Source: Orbicella franksi (taxonomy: Eukaryota). From it: a DNA stretch of 64,000 bases. Where the stretch lies: positions 33,046,001-33,110,000 of the forward strand of contig OZ116699.1 of assembly GCA_964199315.1 (NCBI GenBank). The letters run 5' to 3'. Positions 25,182-37,506 of the stretch are shown here, piece after piece (within the stretch, counting starts at the first letter, position 1; every line of letters begins with the position of its first letter). The notes beneath the pieces were generated by a model. It saw only the letters and a list, made by a program, of their open reading frames with translations. It did not search any database and was not told the origin of the DNA. Both the position numbers and the translations under genes were made by a program.

Positions 25182-28018
25182 CCAATCCGATTGCGAGATT
25201 AGTAGCAATTATGGTAAAAGAGATTTCGTCCATGATGGGTCAATAGGAATTGGGTAGGACTAGCGCGCGCTGTGTTGTAATGGAAATTAACCAATGAGTG
25301 TGCTTAGATTGGAAACCACTGGCCAGCATTTTTTGTACTTACAGGGCCTGTGTAACGATGCCCGGGATAATCTGGAGTTTAACAATAGTTTCAATAAACA
25401 ACATTTTAATAAACTCTTGGGAAAGTAAATATCAAAAATCTCATTTGAACTGCGGGATAAAGACTTCAACACATAAGAGTTAGAGATACATGTAATCATC
25501 AGAGTAGGCTTCAACTGATAACAGTTAGCTTAAGCAAAAGCTAATTGAAAACTTGACCTGCGCACCGAGATATTGATAAAGCGGATTAACATAGCAGTGC
25601 GTCATGAAGTAGAAACAATTTGCGGTATCTGACTAGCTTTCCTGCCGACCACTGACAATACGGTCTAGACATGAAAAGCCCACCCATGTAGCAAAAACAA
25701 CGAATTTCACCTTGTGTTTTAAGAACTTCTTTTAACGGATTTCTGTGTTTTATTGTGTAAAAAAGAGCTCAGTCGCAACAACTTTATATCCTCGAAAGTA
25801 GCGAGCCTTAAAGGCCGCTAACTCCGAAACGACCTTCCTTACTTTCAGAATTTTGAGGTTTCAAAATGATTGAATAAAAGATACTTTTTACTCTGGTGCT
25901 TTTTTTATTACTTACTTTTTGCATCAGAAATCAGTTTAATATTTGTGAAGCCGTTCCTTTTTCCTCTGAGAAACGTCTCCAAAGCGTCGAGCGAATTCAG
26001 AAAATTAGCCCGCTCACCGCGGAATCGTACAATGCAGCCATTGTTATTTCGTGGCAAAGTTACTGAGCCTGTGTAGCTGAATATGAATTTACTAATCATT
26101 TGGTTGTAGGGTTGGAAGTCATGTGGGAGAGGTTGTCAACAACGGTTAAAATTAAAACTTGCATTCCATGTAAGAGATCGTGTCAGCACAAGGTACTGTG
26201 TCAAAATTATCAGTAGAATACATTCTTTGCGTAATTAGTGTTTTAGCATGAGGTGTGAATCTTTTGGACAGTCCTTGCCTCATTCGTATAAGCGATCCAA
26301 TTTCCGATCGAGCTTCAAATATATCAGTTCTGAATACTGAAAGGTCATAGTATGATAAACAATTCTGTACCAAAGAATTTGAGAACGATAAATGGAATAC
26401 TCTTTTCTGCCACCGGGATTTAAAAACTAAGAATGCACTCGCTCATTAGATAGAAACTTTAGATAGAAACTTTATGAAAGTGTTAATGCCTTGTAGCCTG
26501 AAAAAAACCCGTACTAATTTGGGGACACAAAATAAACAATACCACCCAGAAATTTTGTAGTCCCTACGCAAAGTCGTATGCTGATAACGTAAAGTGAAAA
26601 CAATGACGACCGCTTCCCTTCTTACGCAGTACATTCCGCACATTCGGTGATCCTTTCTGCTTAATCATTATACGAAGTAGTGTATGGGGTAAGTAGCCAT
26701 TTTGATTACGTCAGTCCTTCAACATGGCCCTCAGTACTTAATGACGTCATCTGCACAGACACAATTCGACTTTGGTAAACACGCCCACTAACTGCCGCTA
26801 ACAACGGTATCACATAAGCGTCTAACGAAACTAATTAATGGGCTGGATGCAAGTAAAACTCTCAACAATTTATTAACTCGATGTTGATAAAGGTAGGTAA
26901 ACCTCCATGTTACAATTACAAGTTATTGAAGATGACGTTTCGAGCGTTAGCTGTTCGTCAGAGCTCGGAAGATGGGTTCAAACTAAAAAAATCAGCTTCA
27001 CTAACTAACGACGATAATTAACCTTTGTCAGTTTTAAGACGATGAATAGCTTAGACTAGCATACTAAACTATGGCAACAAATAGAATTATAAGCTTATTA
27101 GAGGTGTTTCACCTCCGGGGAGGAGTCCGTGGGTGGTACTGACTTATTGCATATTTTACAGATTACATCATTTTGTCATACCACGCATTCCGTTTGTGTT
27201 GCAATCCTATAGAAAACTGACAATAGGCTACGTAAGTAACGTTTACGCACGCTATGAAAGATTGGCTGATGTGAACCGGTCCGGAAAGAAGCCGTGTACT
27301 GCCACGCGTATTATAATTCTGCGCATTAACCGAGACATTGATATCCAACTCTACCCAGCAAAATCAATCTCATTGATTACATAGAAGGCAATATTTGGCT
27401 CTTAGTATCGCGTAGAAAGAAATGCTCGTTCCTTGGTAATTTGTACTCCATAACATCCAACAAGCTCATATATTACTGTGCAAATATGTAAATATCCAAC
27501 TGAGATACTGTTAAATACTTGCATGCCTCAAAATTGACAGATTTAGTTATTACTGGCAGTTGGGTACTCATTTATTATAGCTTGACATTGAAATTAACAC
27601 TATCTCACTTTCTCGACATTAAAAGGGAATATGAATCAGTACGATATTGCCTCAAGTGTTTGTAACTTGTAATCTTACGTGCATCCGGCCGCCCTCAACG
27701 CTTAAAAATATTTAAATATTACACCACACGATATGTCCAGAATAAAAAGCTGCTAAAAGTCAGTTCTTGTTAACAATTTACCAGAGGAGTAATAAACCAA
27801 CGAGATAGCAAGGATTGGCAAAGATTGAGATCGGGATAGCGAAAAAAAAGGCGAGCTGAAAATAATAGAAGAATGACTACGACGTTTGCTACGCTCAGAT
27901 AGTTTCATCAGTTTTATACCTGAGTAACGTTATATGTCAATATACTCGGCGCGTCTCTCGAGGTTCCACACTGATCAGTCACACATTTCAAGTGGACAGG
28001 TGAGATCGTCATCGAGAA

Positions 28019-29428
28019 ATGTTTTTGGTATTGTTCTTCAAGTTATTACTCCATTTCACATGTGGAGCAGCTGAAATTCAAGATGGCCAAGCTCCACTGA
28101 TGATTGTGTCCCTGGATGGAATGGATTGGCGAGTGTTGAAGAGTCAGTTTGCTGTTACAGCTAATTTGGACTTCGTCGCACAAACGGGAGTTAAAGCCGA
28201 ATACATAAAGAACATTGTACCTTCCAGCACGTGGCCAAATCATCATACATTTCTGACTGGTCTCTACTCGGAGAGTCACGGGATTGTGGCGAACAGATTC
28301 TGGGATCCAGTTTACGAAGAAAAATTTATATTCGGTTACGACTGTTCAAACTTTGATCCCAAGTTTTACAACGAAGCGGAACCAATATGGCTGACATTAC
28401 AAAAGCAAGGCGGACGCAGTGGCTCATACTTTTGGCCTGCAACTACCAGCTACTCCGTGAAACCAACCTTCTATGAAAAAGAACTCTGTCTTGTCAACTG
28501 TAGTGCAATAAACCCCAAAGAGCTTCCAAGGTATAGAAATAGAACTTTGGAAGGTTTTCCACCTTACGTCCACTGCGCGTTTAACTTGAGACAGAATTTT
28601 TCAGTTCGAGTCAATAAGGCGGTGGAGTGGCTTCGTTCTGACAAACCGCCGCATTTTATTTCTCTCTACTTTGGAGCGATAGACATTACGGGCCACTCCC
28701 ATGGGCCGTTCTCGAAAGAATACAAGAGTATGGTGGAAAATGTTGATGTGAATGCTGTGGGGTTCTTACTGAAGCGATTAAATGAAACCGATTTTCTGCG
28801 CAAGGTCAACTTGATAATAGTAAGTGATCATGGAATGGATAATACGTCAGCAAGTCGCCAGATATACTTGGAAGATTTCATTGACCCTTCGACTTATACG
28901 TTGACTGAGAAAGGTCCTTTAGTGCACATGTGGCCTCGTCCTGGAATGATGGAGGAAATCTACCAAAACCTTACAAGAAATCAAATACCACACGTCCGCC
29001 GAGTGTTCAGGAAAGAAGACATTCCAGATGAGTACCACTGGAAAAACAACCGACGAATTCCGCCGATCTTCATTGATCCTGAAGTTGGCTGGGTCATAAC
29101 AAGCTCCAGAAGTGATCCACCGCCAGGACGAGGAGAACACGGCTGGCCTCCAGATCAATCAAAGAGCTACTCGGTTTTTTATGCTCGTGGACCAGCTTTT
29201 CGAGAAGGTGCAGTTGTGAGGCCATTCAACATAGTGGATCTTTACCCTTTGATGTGTGAGCTTCTTGGAATAGATCCTCGTCCGAACAACGGCTCTATTG
29301 AAAATATCAAAGCTGTCCTTAAAGAAGATATTCCACCACCTCGGGGTGCTGGAAAGAAGCAAAACAGCGCATGCTTGAAATTCGTCTTAACAATCCTCCT
29401 TATTGGGTTTGGACTTTTCAGAAATTGA
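28019..29428 (+). CDS. Ectonucleotide pyrophosphatase/phosphodiesterase (ENPP4/5/6/7-type, catalytic domain only), single coding exon, signal peptide plus hydrophobic C-tail
   Basis: 469-aa ORF. Signal MFLVLFFKLLLHFTCGAA; metal/catalytic motifs SLDG (D), STWPNH (nucleophile T), TGLYSESHGIVAN, DITGH (D,H), SDHG (D,H), GEHGW (H); FYARGPAF and VDLYPLMCELLGI; hydrophobic tail FVLTILLIGFGLF. No SMB or nuclease-like domains. Confidence 0.93.
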   Translation: MFLVLFFKLLLHFTCGAAEIQDGQAPLMIVSLDGMDWRVLKSQFAVTANLDFVAQTGVKAEYIKNIVPSSTWPNHHTFLTGLYSESHGIVANRFWDPVYEEKFIFGYDCSNFDPKFYNEAEPIWLTLQKQGGRSGSYFWPATTSYSVKPTFYEKELCLVNCSAINPKELPRYRNRTLEGFPPYVHCAFNLRQNFSVRVNKAVEWLRSDKPPHFISLYFGAIDITGHSHGPFSKEYKSMVENVDVNAVGFLLKRLNETDFLRKVNLIIVSDHGMDNTSASRQIYLEDFIDPSTYTLTEKGPLVHMWPRPGMMEEIYQNLTRNQIPHVRRVFRKEDIPDEYHWKNNRRIPPIFIDPEVGWVITSSRSDPPPGRGEHGWPPDQSKSYSVFYARGPAFREGAVVRPFNIVDLYPLMCELLGIDPRPNNGSIENIKAVLKEDIPPPRGAGKKQNSACLKFVLTILLIGFGLFRN

Positions 29429-30671
29429 ACTTTCGAAGCTATGAACTATTTTTGTGTTAAGAAAACAACACTAAAAAACTCCGTCTGGTTTCCTTGCTGA
29501 GGTTGAACGTTCTTAGTTTTTAGAGGACTTGAACTGAAATTTGAAAATGATTAAAAGGAATGAAGACTGGATTTATATTTAAAAATGTATTTGATGTACA
29601 CCATCCATCTTATTTCAGTTAGAAAGTGAAAGCTAATTTTGGGTTTATCTTTAACATTTATAATTGTTCTGAATTGTTTTAATTTCAGTTATGCGGAAGA
29701 AGTTCTACGTACCTTATTGTTATTTTGAAATGACTGAAACTCGCCATGTACATCCATGTTAGCAACGGTTTTACATTCACTGGTCGATTTTTATACCTAA
29801 ATGTACCCTTTTGTACATTCGCTGGCATATCAGGCGAGTTTAGTCTAGCAATGGTTCGTATTTTGGAGAGATGTAGTCGGGAGAATGCCGAAAACGAACG
29901 AGCCTAAGCGTTCCCAAAAGGGTACGGTTGATTATTTATGTATACTTAGATTCGGCCACATCAGGTTTATATATATGACTTGATATCGCAGGATATCAGC
30001 ACAGTAGACACGGCTTCTGGTTGGCTAATTGCGAACTTGGATACGGTATAATTTCATTTTGTTTTTTTTATTTTGCCGTTTTTTTTAATTCTGATCGACC
30101 AGGTGTGTGTTTCTCTCTAGAGATCGAAAGGGAGGCTTAATCTCAACAGATTGGTCTTGCTTAATTAATTTTCAGAGTAAGCCTGCGCGTTTTTAAGTAC
30201 TACAGTCAAATCTATCTAGGATAATTACATTTCTAAAAATAAAGATGTTTAGCGGCATTCAGCCGTTTCTTCCTTAAATTAAACCTCCTAATCATTAGCC
30301 TGATTACCTGTTTTAAGCATTTTACTAGTATCATAATCTGATAGACCTATTTACGGAATATTTAAATAACGATATTGAGCTGTATTTAGCCGTTTCATTT
30401 GTAAAGCTTTTTAGATTACAACTTAGCGTTGAGTAAACCGCTGTTCTTTTAGAAATCTGCTGACTGTTTTTCTTTTTCTATCATTATTATTTTCCATCGC
30501 TCTTTAATAGTTTTCTATTTAATAATTAGATTACAAGCTTAAAACGTTTGATTTTATATGTGAATGAGAAAATTGCTTCACTATGACTGGCTGAGAACCG
30601 ACCAATTTATCGTTAATTTCTAATTTTCGCTGCAGTGCAAATTATCTCGCGCGTTTGTGATTTTCTGTCAC

Positions 30672-32753
30672 AAGAAAAAACAGGAGTTCGAACGATGGTA
30701 TGCCGAGCAAGTCAACAATGACTATGTCTTCAATCTAAAAAAAGAGATGGAAGATTATTGCACCTCAGATGTCAAACTGTTGAAAGCCGGATGCTAAAAG
30801 TCCTAAGACGAATTCCGGCAGCATGCCGCGTTTGATCCCACGGGAAAATGTGTCACCATCGCCTTGGCCTGCCACTGGTGCTGGCGTAGGAAACTCTTGC
30901 CAAAAAACACCATCGCCGTCGAACCTTCACGCGGCTGGCACGGCGTCTGCACCAATCAGTCCATCAAGGCTTTCCAATGGCTGGCTTGGAAAGAACACCT
31001 TTTATGCCTCAACACTCACAGTTCTTCCTCGACCCCAGAGCCCACGGCTAACTGCATTTTCCACGCGGGTAATGACGGAGAAAAGCGCGTGTCCACCCCA
31101 ACCCAAACGTTCAGCATCGATGTTTACAATGACCGCAACAAGTCCAAACCCACCGTTTACGAATTGCACGGTTGTGTGTGGCACGGGCGCCCTCGTTGTT
31201 TCCCGGATCGTCAACTGTTTAGCAAATTTCATCCAGACCGCAAGTTTGGGGAAGCGTAAAAGGACTCGTGCGCTAAAGAACGCCAATTGTGCCAACAGGG
31301 TTACGAGGTCGTCGTCAAGTGGGAATGTGATTGGGACCGTGAAGTCAAAACCAATGAAAAGCTCGAACAGTTCTTGACCACTCTCGAGGTCGTCGGTCCC
31401 CTGAAACCCCGCGACGCTTTATTCGGAGGACGCACCAGTGCTTCCATCCTCCACTATGAGGCCAACGAATCGGTCGGAGTGTAGATCAATTACGTGGATG
31501 TCACCTCGTTATACCCCTGGCTCAACAAGAATGGCGAGTACCGTGTTGGTCATCCCACCATCATCATTCATCCCAACGATCAAGACATTCCACATTACTT
31601 CGGGATAGCTAAAGTCTATATCCTTCCACCCTTCCAGCTCTATCATCCCGTCTTACCGTACTTTTGCCGCAACAAATTAGTGCTGCCCCTATGCCGAAGC
31701 TGCGTGGAATCCGAAATGTCCAAACCCTTGTTGGAAAGATCTCGTCGATGTCCACCCTCCACCGAGGAACGCATGCTTCGTGGGACGTAGTGCACGCCAG
31801 AACTCGTCAAGGCAGTTGAACTCGGGTACACTATCGTCCGCATCCAGGAAGTCTGGCACTTCCCACCCAACCAGAGAAAGCGGTTTCTTTTTAGCAACTA
31901 TGTGAACCAGTGGCTTAAGATAAGCAAGAATCCGCCAGCTACCCCAGTTGCGCCCGTACCGAAGAAGAAAAAGCTCGATACGTTCGAGAAAGCCGTGACC
32001 ACGAAGGCATCTCGTTGGACCCCACCATGCTGAACTCGTTTTGGGGTAAATTTGGCGAAAACCTCAACAAACCCACTACCTTGGCCATCGAAACACCCGT
32101 GGCCTCCAACCCTCTGGAACATATCCACACCGTACGCGTCGAACGCCGGATGGAAATCGTCTACTCCGACATCTCGGAGAATCAGCTAAACAACGGAAAA
32201 ACCAACATCTTCGTCGCGGCTTTCACCACTTGCCATGCCCGTCTCAAATTGTACTAGTCCCTGGAAAAGTTGAAAGAGCAAGCCCTCTACTTCGACACGG
32301 ACTCGGTCATCTATCGTTGGCGTCCAGGTCAAACCGACATTCCACTCGGCGATTTCCTGGGCGACATGACCAACGAGGTTTACGATGGGGATCACATCAC
32401 AGAATTCACCTCGGGTAATTCCAAAAATTATCGGTACAAGATCAAGAATGGTAAAGTGTGCTGTAAAGTGAGAGGTTTCATTTTTAACGTCCGTGGCTCT
32501 GCTCAACTCAATTACGAAGTCATGAGACAAAATGTGCTCGACGACATCACCGATCCTCTCGACGATGACCAACTTAACATCGATGTCGTCAACCCCTACG
32601 ACTTCGTTCGAGACCCTGCCCTCAAACGTGTCAAAGTAGTGCCGCGCCTCAAATGGTACGGCTCGTCCTTGACAAGCGTGTGGTCTAGCCCGACACGTTC
32701 CAGTCCTATCCGTACGGCTATAAGAAAGAACCCGAGGGCCCAATCCAAAAATG
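30672..32753 (+). mobile_element. Polinton/Maverick (adintovirus-like) protein-primed family B DNA polymerase, 5'-truncated pseudogene
   Basis: Across frames: EMEDYCTSDVKLL (exo III), FDP..C.TIA, YELHGCVWHG, WECDW, PRDALFGGRT, DVTSLYP (motif A), NSFWGKFGE (motif B), YFDTDS (motif C, 32288-32305), LGDFLGDMTNE, KNY, KVRGF, C-terminal LDKRV and SYPYGY. Many stops (30795, 30804 and others) and frameshifts. Visibly more GC-rich than the flanks. Confidence 0.93.
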
Positions 32754-33520
32754 ATAGAGTGGATGGCTGATCGTGTACATGCTAAAGACGATTAAATTAA
32801 GACTGGGATATACTACACTGTCAAGGATTGTTTGCAGCTTCTGTCATGTTTTGATTCAGCAGAGAGAATCTTCAGCCAGGGTGTGGAGTAAATTTCCTAA
32901 TATACATTTTCAAACATGTAATGTTTGTTTCAATTGTCTAGTACATTATTATGCCACTCACTCATCACTAACCGAGAATCATTGGACATACTACGACGCT
33001 CATTACCGCAATGGCCTCAAATCACAGTTTTAGATGAAGATCTAAGTCAGGCGCAAGCAGCTCAGGAACATGACTACTTAGATTTTGAACAATTCTAACC
33101 AGGGAGTAACTTAAGCGTCTTCACTTTGTAAACTAAAAGAGTCTTGTTGATGAGTCAGTGAATTGTTTCATGTTTGTCACGATTTCCCACCTTGTCAAAA
33201 GATTTTTTTTCTGTGATTATCAAAAAAACATTTAAAAAATAGACTTGAATCTTCAATGGTGCATCTCCTCATGACGTCATCGAAGACCCAAAACCCGCTC
33301 CTCATCATGTCCTCCCCTCCCCCTTCCTCGTGATGTCAACTAGTACGCCATGACAGCCACAACGCAGCTCCTCATGACATGACGTCATCGAATCCCAGGC
33401 GCTGATTGGTCCATCCCGTTGACCGAGAGGGACCTGGACAAATTCGGGTACTTCCACCATCTTGAATATTGCAGCCCATACAAACCCTCTTATTTTTACC
33501 TCATTAGGCCCTACTTTCAC

Positions 33521-33565
33521 CTATGATATGCCAATTTCGACCCCCTATAAGCCTCCTACACTACT
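33521..33565 (-). repeat. Right terminal inverted repeat (ends ACTACT)
   Basis: Reverse complement AGTAGTGTAGGAGGCTTATAGGGGGTCGAAATTGGCATATCATAG; ~0.8 kb downstream of the pPolB, preceded by a subterminal region with repeated TGACGTCA and a CCAAT box (33260-33420). Confidence 0.8.
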
Positions 33566-34281
33566 ATAAAAATCTACAAATAGCTTCTGTAAACATGCAA
33601 CAACCCAGAAATTTCCTTCTGAGAGCTGTGCTATAAACGAGATAGGAGACTTCTTTTGACAAATTGCAAAATTTTTGATTTTAAAGCGGATCACTCTTTG
33701 TGGTGTACGTTATTATATTTAGAGAAACATATGTCTATTTTTAAGGCCGTCAAAATCAAGCTGTGCTTTAAACCTTAACCCTAAATGTGCTCCTCTCGCC
33801 GGTAAGGGATAAGGAAATTACGCAATGCTTTGCTAGATATCTTGTAGGAGCACTAAGCCTGGTTTCATCTTAATAATTTACAGTAATTATTTTTACAATT
33901 ATTAGGTATCTAGATGGCAATAACATAAAGAACATCTCAAGGGGGACCTTCTCGCGTCTCCTTTTCCTTAACAAACTGTAAATATCAAGTTCTGACATTA
34001 TTTATATTACAAAATGAAACATTTTGAAACAATTTTCCCGTGACAAAAATTATTAATACAGTAGGAGAACTTTTTATTTGTATTTGTATTATTTTATTTC
34101 TCCACTTGAAGACATGAATACAATATTGTTAACAAAACAAGTGCAGTGAAAAAGAAGTGGAGAGGGCAAAATATCGTAAACTAATTATATGCCCTTTAAT
34201 TAAACACATTTATTTTAGGATAAAAGAAATCCAGTATAAGAGAAGAAAGAATAAACACATAGGAAATAAATATATAATGTT

Positions 34282-34480
34282 AGAGGTTCGAGGTGTTTGG
34301 ACAGCCGATGAAACACTGTCTCAAGTGTTTGATATATCTTCTCAATCAAAACAAAAACTTAGCAGTAAACGGAGAAGCAAAATTGTCAAAATCTATGCTA
34401 ATTAAGATCGGGTATCCAACCTCCATCACGGTTGTGATTTTCTTTGTTTTAAGTTGATGAATTATTAATGAGTTTGAGAA
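34282..34480. repeat. Interspersed repeat, copy 2 of the 6481-6707 family
   Basis: Direct similarity to 6481-6707. Confidence 0.75.
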
Positions 34481-35620
34481 GATGCGCTCATAATTAGCAA
34501 AAGTTTTTTAATTACTCTTTTTTTATTTCCTTAACTTTAAAGGAGCTCAGTCACGATTTGCACATTTTGAAAAGTTTAGCCGAAATTTTTCAAATTTGTC
34601 GTTTGCAATCCCTGTCAATCTTCGCCATCCTTGACCATCCTTGTTCCTTTATGGTTAATTATTATCTCTTTAATGTTTTTCTATCTTAGTAAACTATTAT
34701 TTTCAGGTTCCCTTCCATTTGAAGGGGATTTCAGTGTACGTGGCCAAAACCAAAGACAAAACACCGTGACGGAGCTTCCTTAAACTAGCTTGGATTGAAA
34801 AAATATATCATACACAAGTAACATTGTTTCGTATCGTTTTGAAGCCGGCCTCGGAGCTCGTCTAAAACTTCACCACATATAGTATTTTACACTCTATTTT
34901 CGAAGTGTGATGAAATACTGTCTTCCGTATATTATATATTACGTCGCCCCTGTAAATTTATATGCAAAACCATGTCTTATACTTTATACTTTTTGCTATT
35001 CTTTCAGAGACAACCACAGAGAACACTTAGTGTTACTATAAGATAAAGTGTCATATGTCATTTATTCCAATCCAGGTTTTTAAACAAAAGTGCTATCGAA
35101 GAAATTGAAGAGATGTCTGGGGAAAGCATTAGGTCTTTGTAAGTGAACAATTTTCCACTGCTAAGCGCCACTAAATATTCTCAGAAAACAACTTTTGTTT
35201 TATGTTTCTATTTCGCTAAAGAAATCTAAAGAAGATTAAGTTAACGGCCATTCATAAGAGGATGTTCGCGAGATTGACTTCCTTAACAGATCTGTAAGTA
35301 GCCAAATTTGTTTATGTTGCTATATATTTTGGATCTTAGACCTAGTTTTTAGCTAAATCTAGATCAAGATTAGATTCGCCACGGTATTTTTCTTTGCAGA
35401 GATCTCGAAGAGAATTTTATCTATGAAATAGATGAGGATGCGTTTTTGCGGCTGGATAACTTAAAATTTTTGTGAGCTTCATTGTCTTAATTTGCTTTTT
35501 CTTAGCAGAAATGCTCAATAATGAGGACACTACAATTACCTAACTTCTGAATACTCGGTATCAATTATCAATTCATTGATTGATTAATTGCTGGCTCGCT
35601 TGCATGCTTCAGCTCGATTG

Positions 35621-35707
35621 CTTGCTTGCTTGCTTGTTTGCTTGCTTGCTTGCTTGCTTGCTTACTTGCTTACTTGATTAATTGATTGATTGATTGATTG
35701 ATTGATT
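35621..35707. repeat. Compound (TTGC)n/(TTGA)n microsatellite
   Basis: Directly visible. Confidence 0.85.
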
Positions 35708-37333
35708 ACCTTGTTCAGTAATTTGTCTTATAAATTAAAATGAACCAGGACGCTGCTGACTGGAAACTTACTGAAAAAGATAACAAACACGGCATTGAGC
35801 AATTTGAAGGATCTAGCGTTCCTGTGAGTGAAATACATAGTTTTTAAAATCTGTTCTTCTATTTTGTTCTGTTGCAAGTTTCGACAGACAAATGTGCACG
35901 AGTTTTCGAGAAAGTTACGTGCGCCATTCTTGACTGTTGTTTTGATTCATATATCCACAGTCTTGGACCCAAGAAATTCATCATTGCAACTAAATTGGAA
36001 TACTTTTAAACTCAGTTTTTTCTCCGAAGACTGCCTGTTACTAAGAAAAATGCCGGACCAAAATTTATAAATTCAGCTTACCGTAGCTTACCGTGCATCT
36101 GTACTCTGATAACGTATGCTGCCTCAACCAGGCCGAAGGCGCGTTTTTCGAAACTTTATTATAAGGCCGTATAAACGCTGAAATACGCGTTTTGGGGGGA
36201 ATATTCAAATTTTGCAATAAAAGCTAACGATAAAAAATTACGACTTTTTGACCTCTTCCAAGTCGTTTTTAAGTACGAGTAAAAATATAGATCAGTTCTT
36301 TAAGCTCATTGTTTTAGGTTCCCTTTTCAACTTCGTAAATACTTTTATCACTTATCTTATTTTATCTTTTATCTTTATCTTATCTTCTCTTATCTTATCT
36401 TACATATTTTATCGCATTCTACCATTCGTGACATTTTAAAGTATTTTTACATTTTAAAGTATTTTTACTCGCACTTGAAAATGACTTCGGAGGGGTCGAA
36501 ACGTCTTGATTTTTTATCATTAGTTTTTATTGCGAAATCGATCTCAAAGTAATCACTCATCAAGAAATTTGAATTTAAGAATAAAAACCACAATTCTGAC
36601 AGAGATTCACTAATACATCGTAATGCATTTGATAAGTTTGAGATAACTAGGTATAGAATTAAAGAGACCTTTAAATTCTCTGTACAGCTAAACCAAGAGC
36701 AATGCAGAATTTGAATGTGAATGAAGGCAAAAATTATAACTTCTAACATATAAAGTTTGGAAATCGGTTGAGAAACTGAGCTATCGAACGAATAAATACA
36801 TGTTGGAGACACTGGGAGTTCAAGCTCGTTAAATCCAAGCAAAGTTGTAGCAGTGACTCTTAGCACTACTGCTGTTCCTGATTTTATTACTCTAGATCAG
36901 TGCGGGCGTTTGACGCATAATGTGGCGTATGAAAAACCCACAAAAAAATGTTACAGATTCTATGATGGCACATACGATTATATAACCAATAAAATTGAAT
37001 AATTACGTTGTCCAAGCCAATAGCTTTCAGTGGCTCAGTCATATTTCCAACTTCAGGAATCTTTTTTCTCTAATATGTCTTCGAAATAGGTCTCTAAGGA
37101 ACAATAGACTTGACCTAGAATCTCCTATACCAGACATGGACAAATTAGCAGTGGCAACTACTTTGTGGGTAGTCAAAACCTTTTTGTCTCTGACGTTAAG
37201 CTAATAAACTTCTTTCATGATCATTCACATTTTTTAACACTGTAACCCTAAGTTTTCAAATCGATCGATTGATCGTGGATCCACAAGGTTCATATACCAA
37301 AATGGATCAATGGCTACATTCATTTCATTTACT

Positions 37334-37506
37334 ACATAGACCCATTGCATAAATGGCACCTAACTTTGAATAACAATACTTTGTACATCCTTAGCCTCGT
37401 CCTTATGTTTCCAGACAAAGAATTTTTCACATGAATGTGAGGCTTAGGATGTATAAGTATTGTTATTCAAATGTGGGCGCCATATATTAATGCAAAGGGT
37501 CTATGT
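37334..37506. mobile_element. MITE with long TIRs
   Basis: ACATAGACCCATTGCAT...TTTGAATAACAATACTT...ACATCCTTAGCCTC mirrored by GAGGCTTAGGATGT...AAGTATTGTTATTCAAA...ATGCAAAGGGTCTATGT. Confidence 0.75.

Noticed and set aside
26152-26373. Cys-containing stretch (KTCIPCKRSCQ) as a TNFR-like exon
   Set aside because: Short, interrupted by stops, no clear splice sites.
30823-32743. Alternative-frame and antisense ORFs over the pPolB
   Set aside because: Shadow ORFs of a GC-rich decayed polymerase gene.
32773-33033. 86-aa ORF after pPolB as another Polinton gene
   Set aside because: No recognisable integrase, ATPase, protease or capsid motif.
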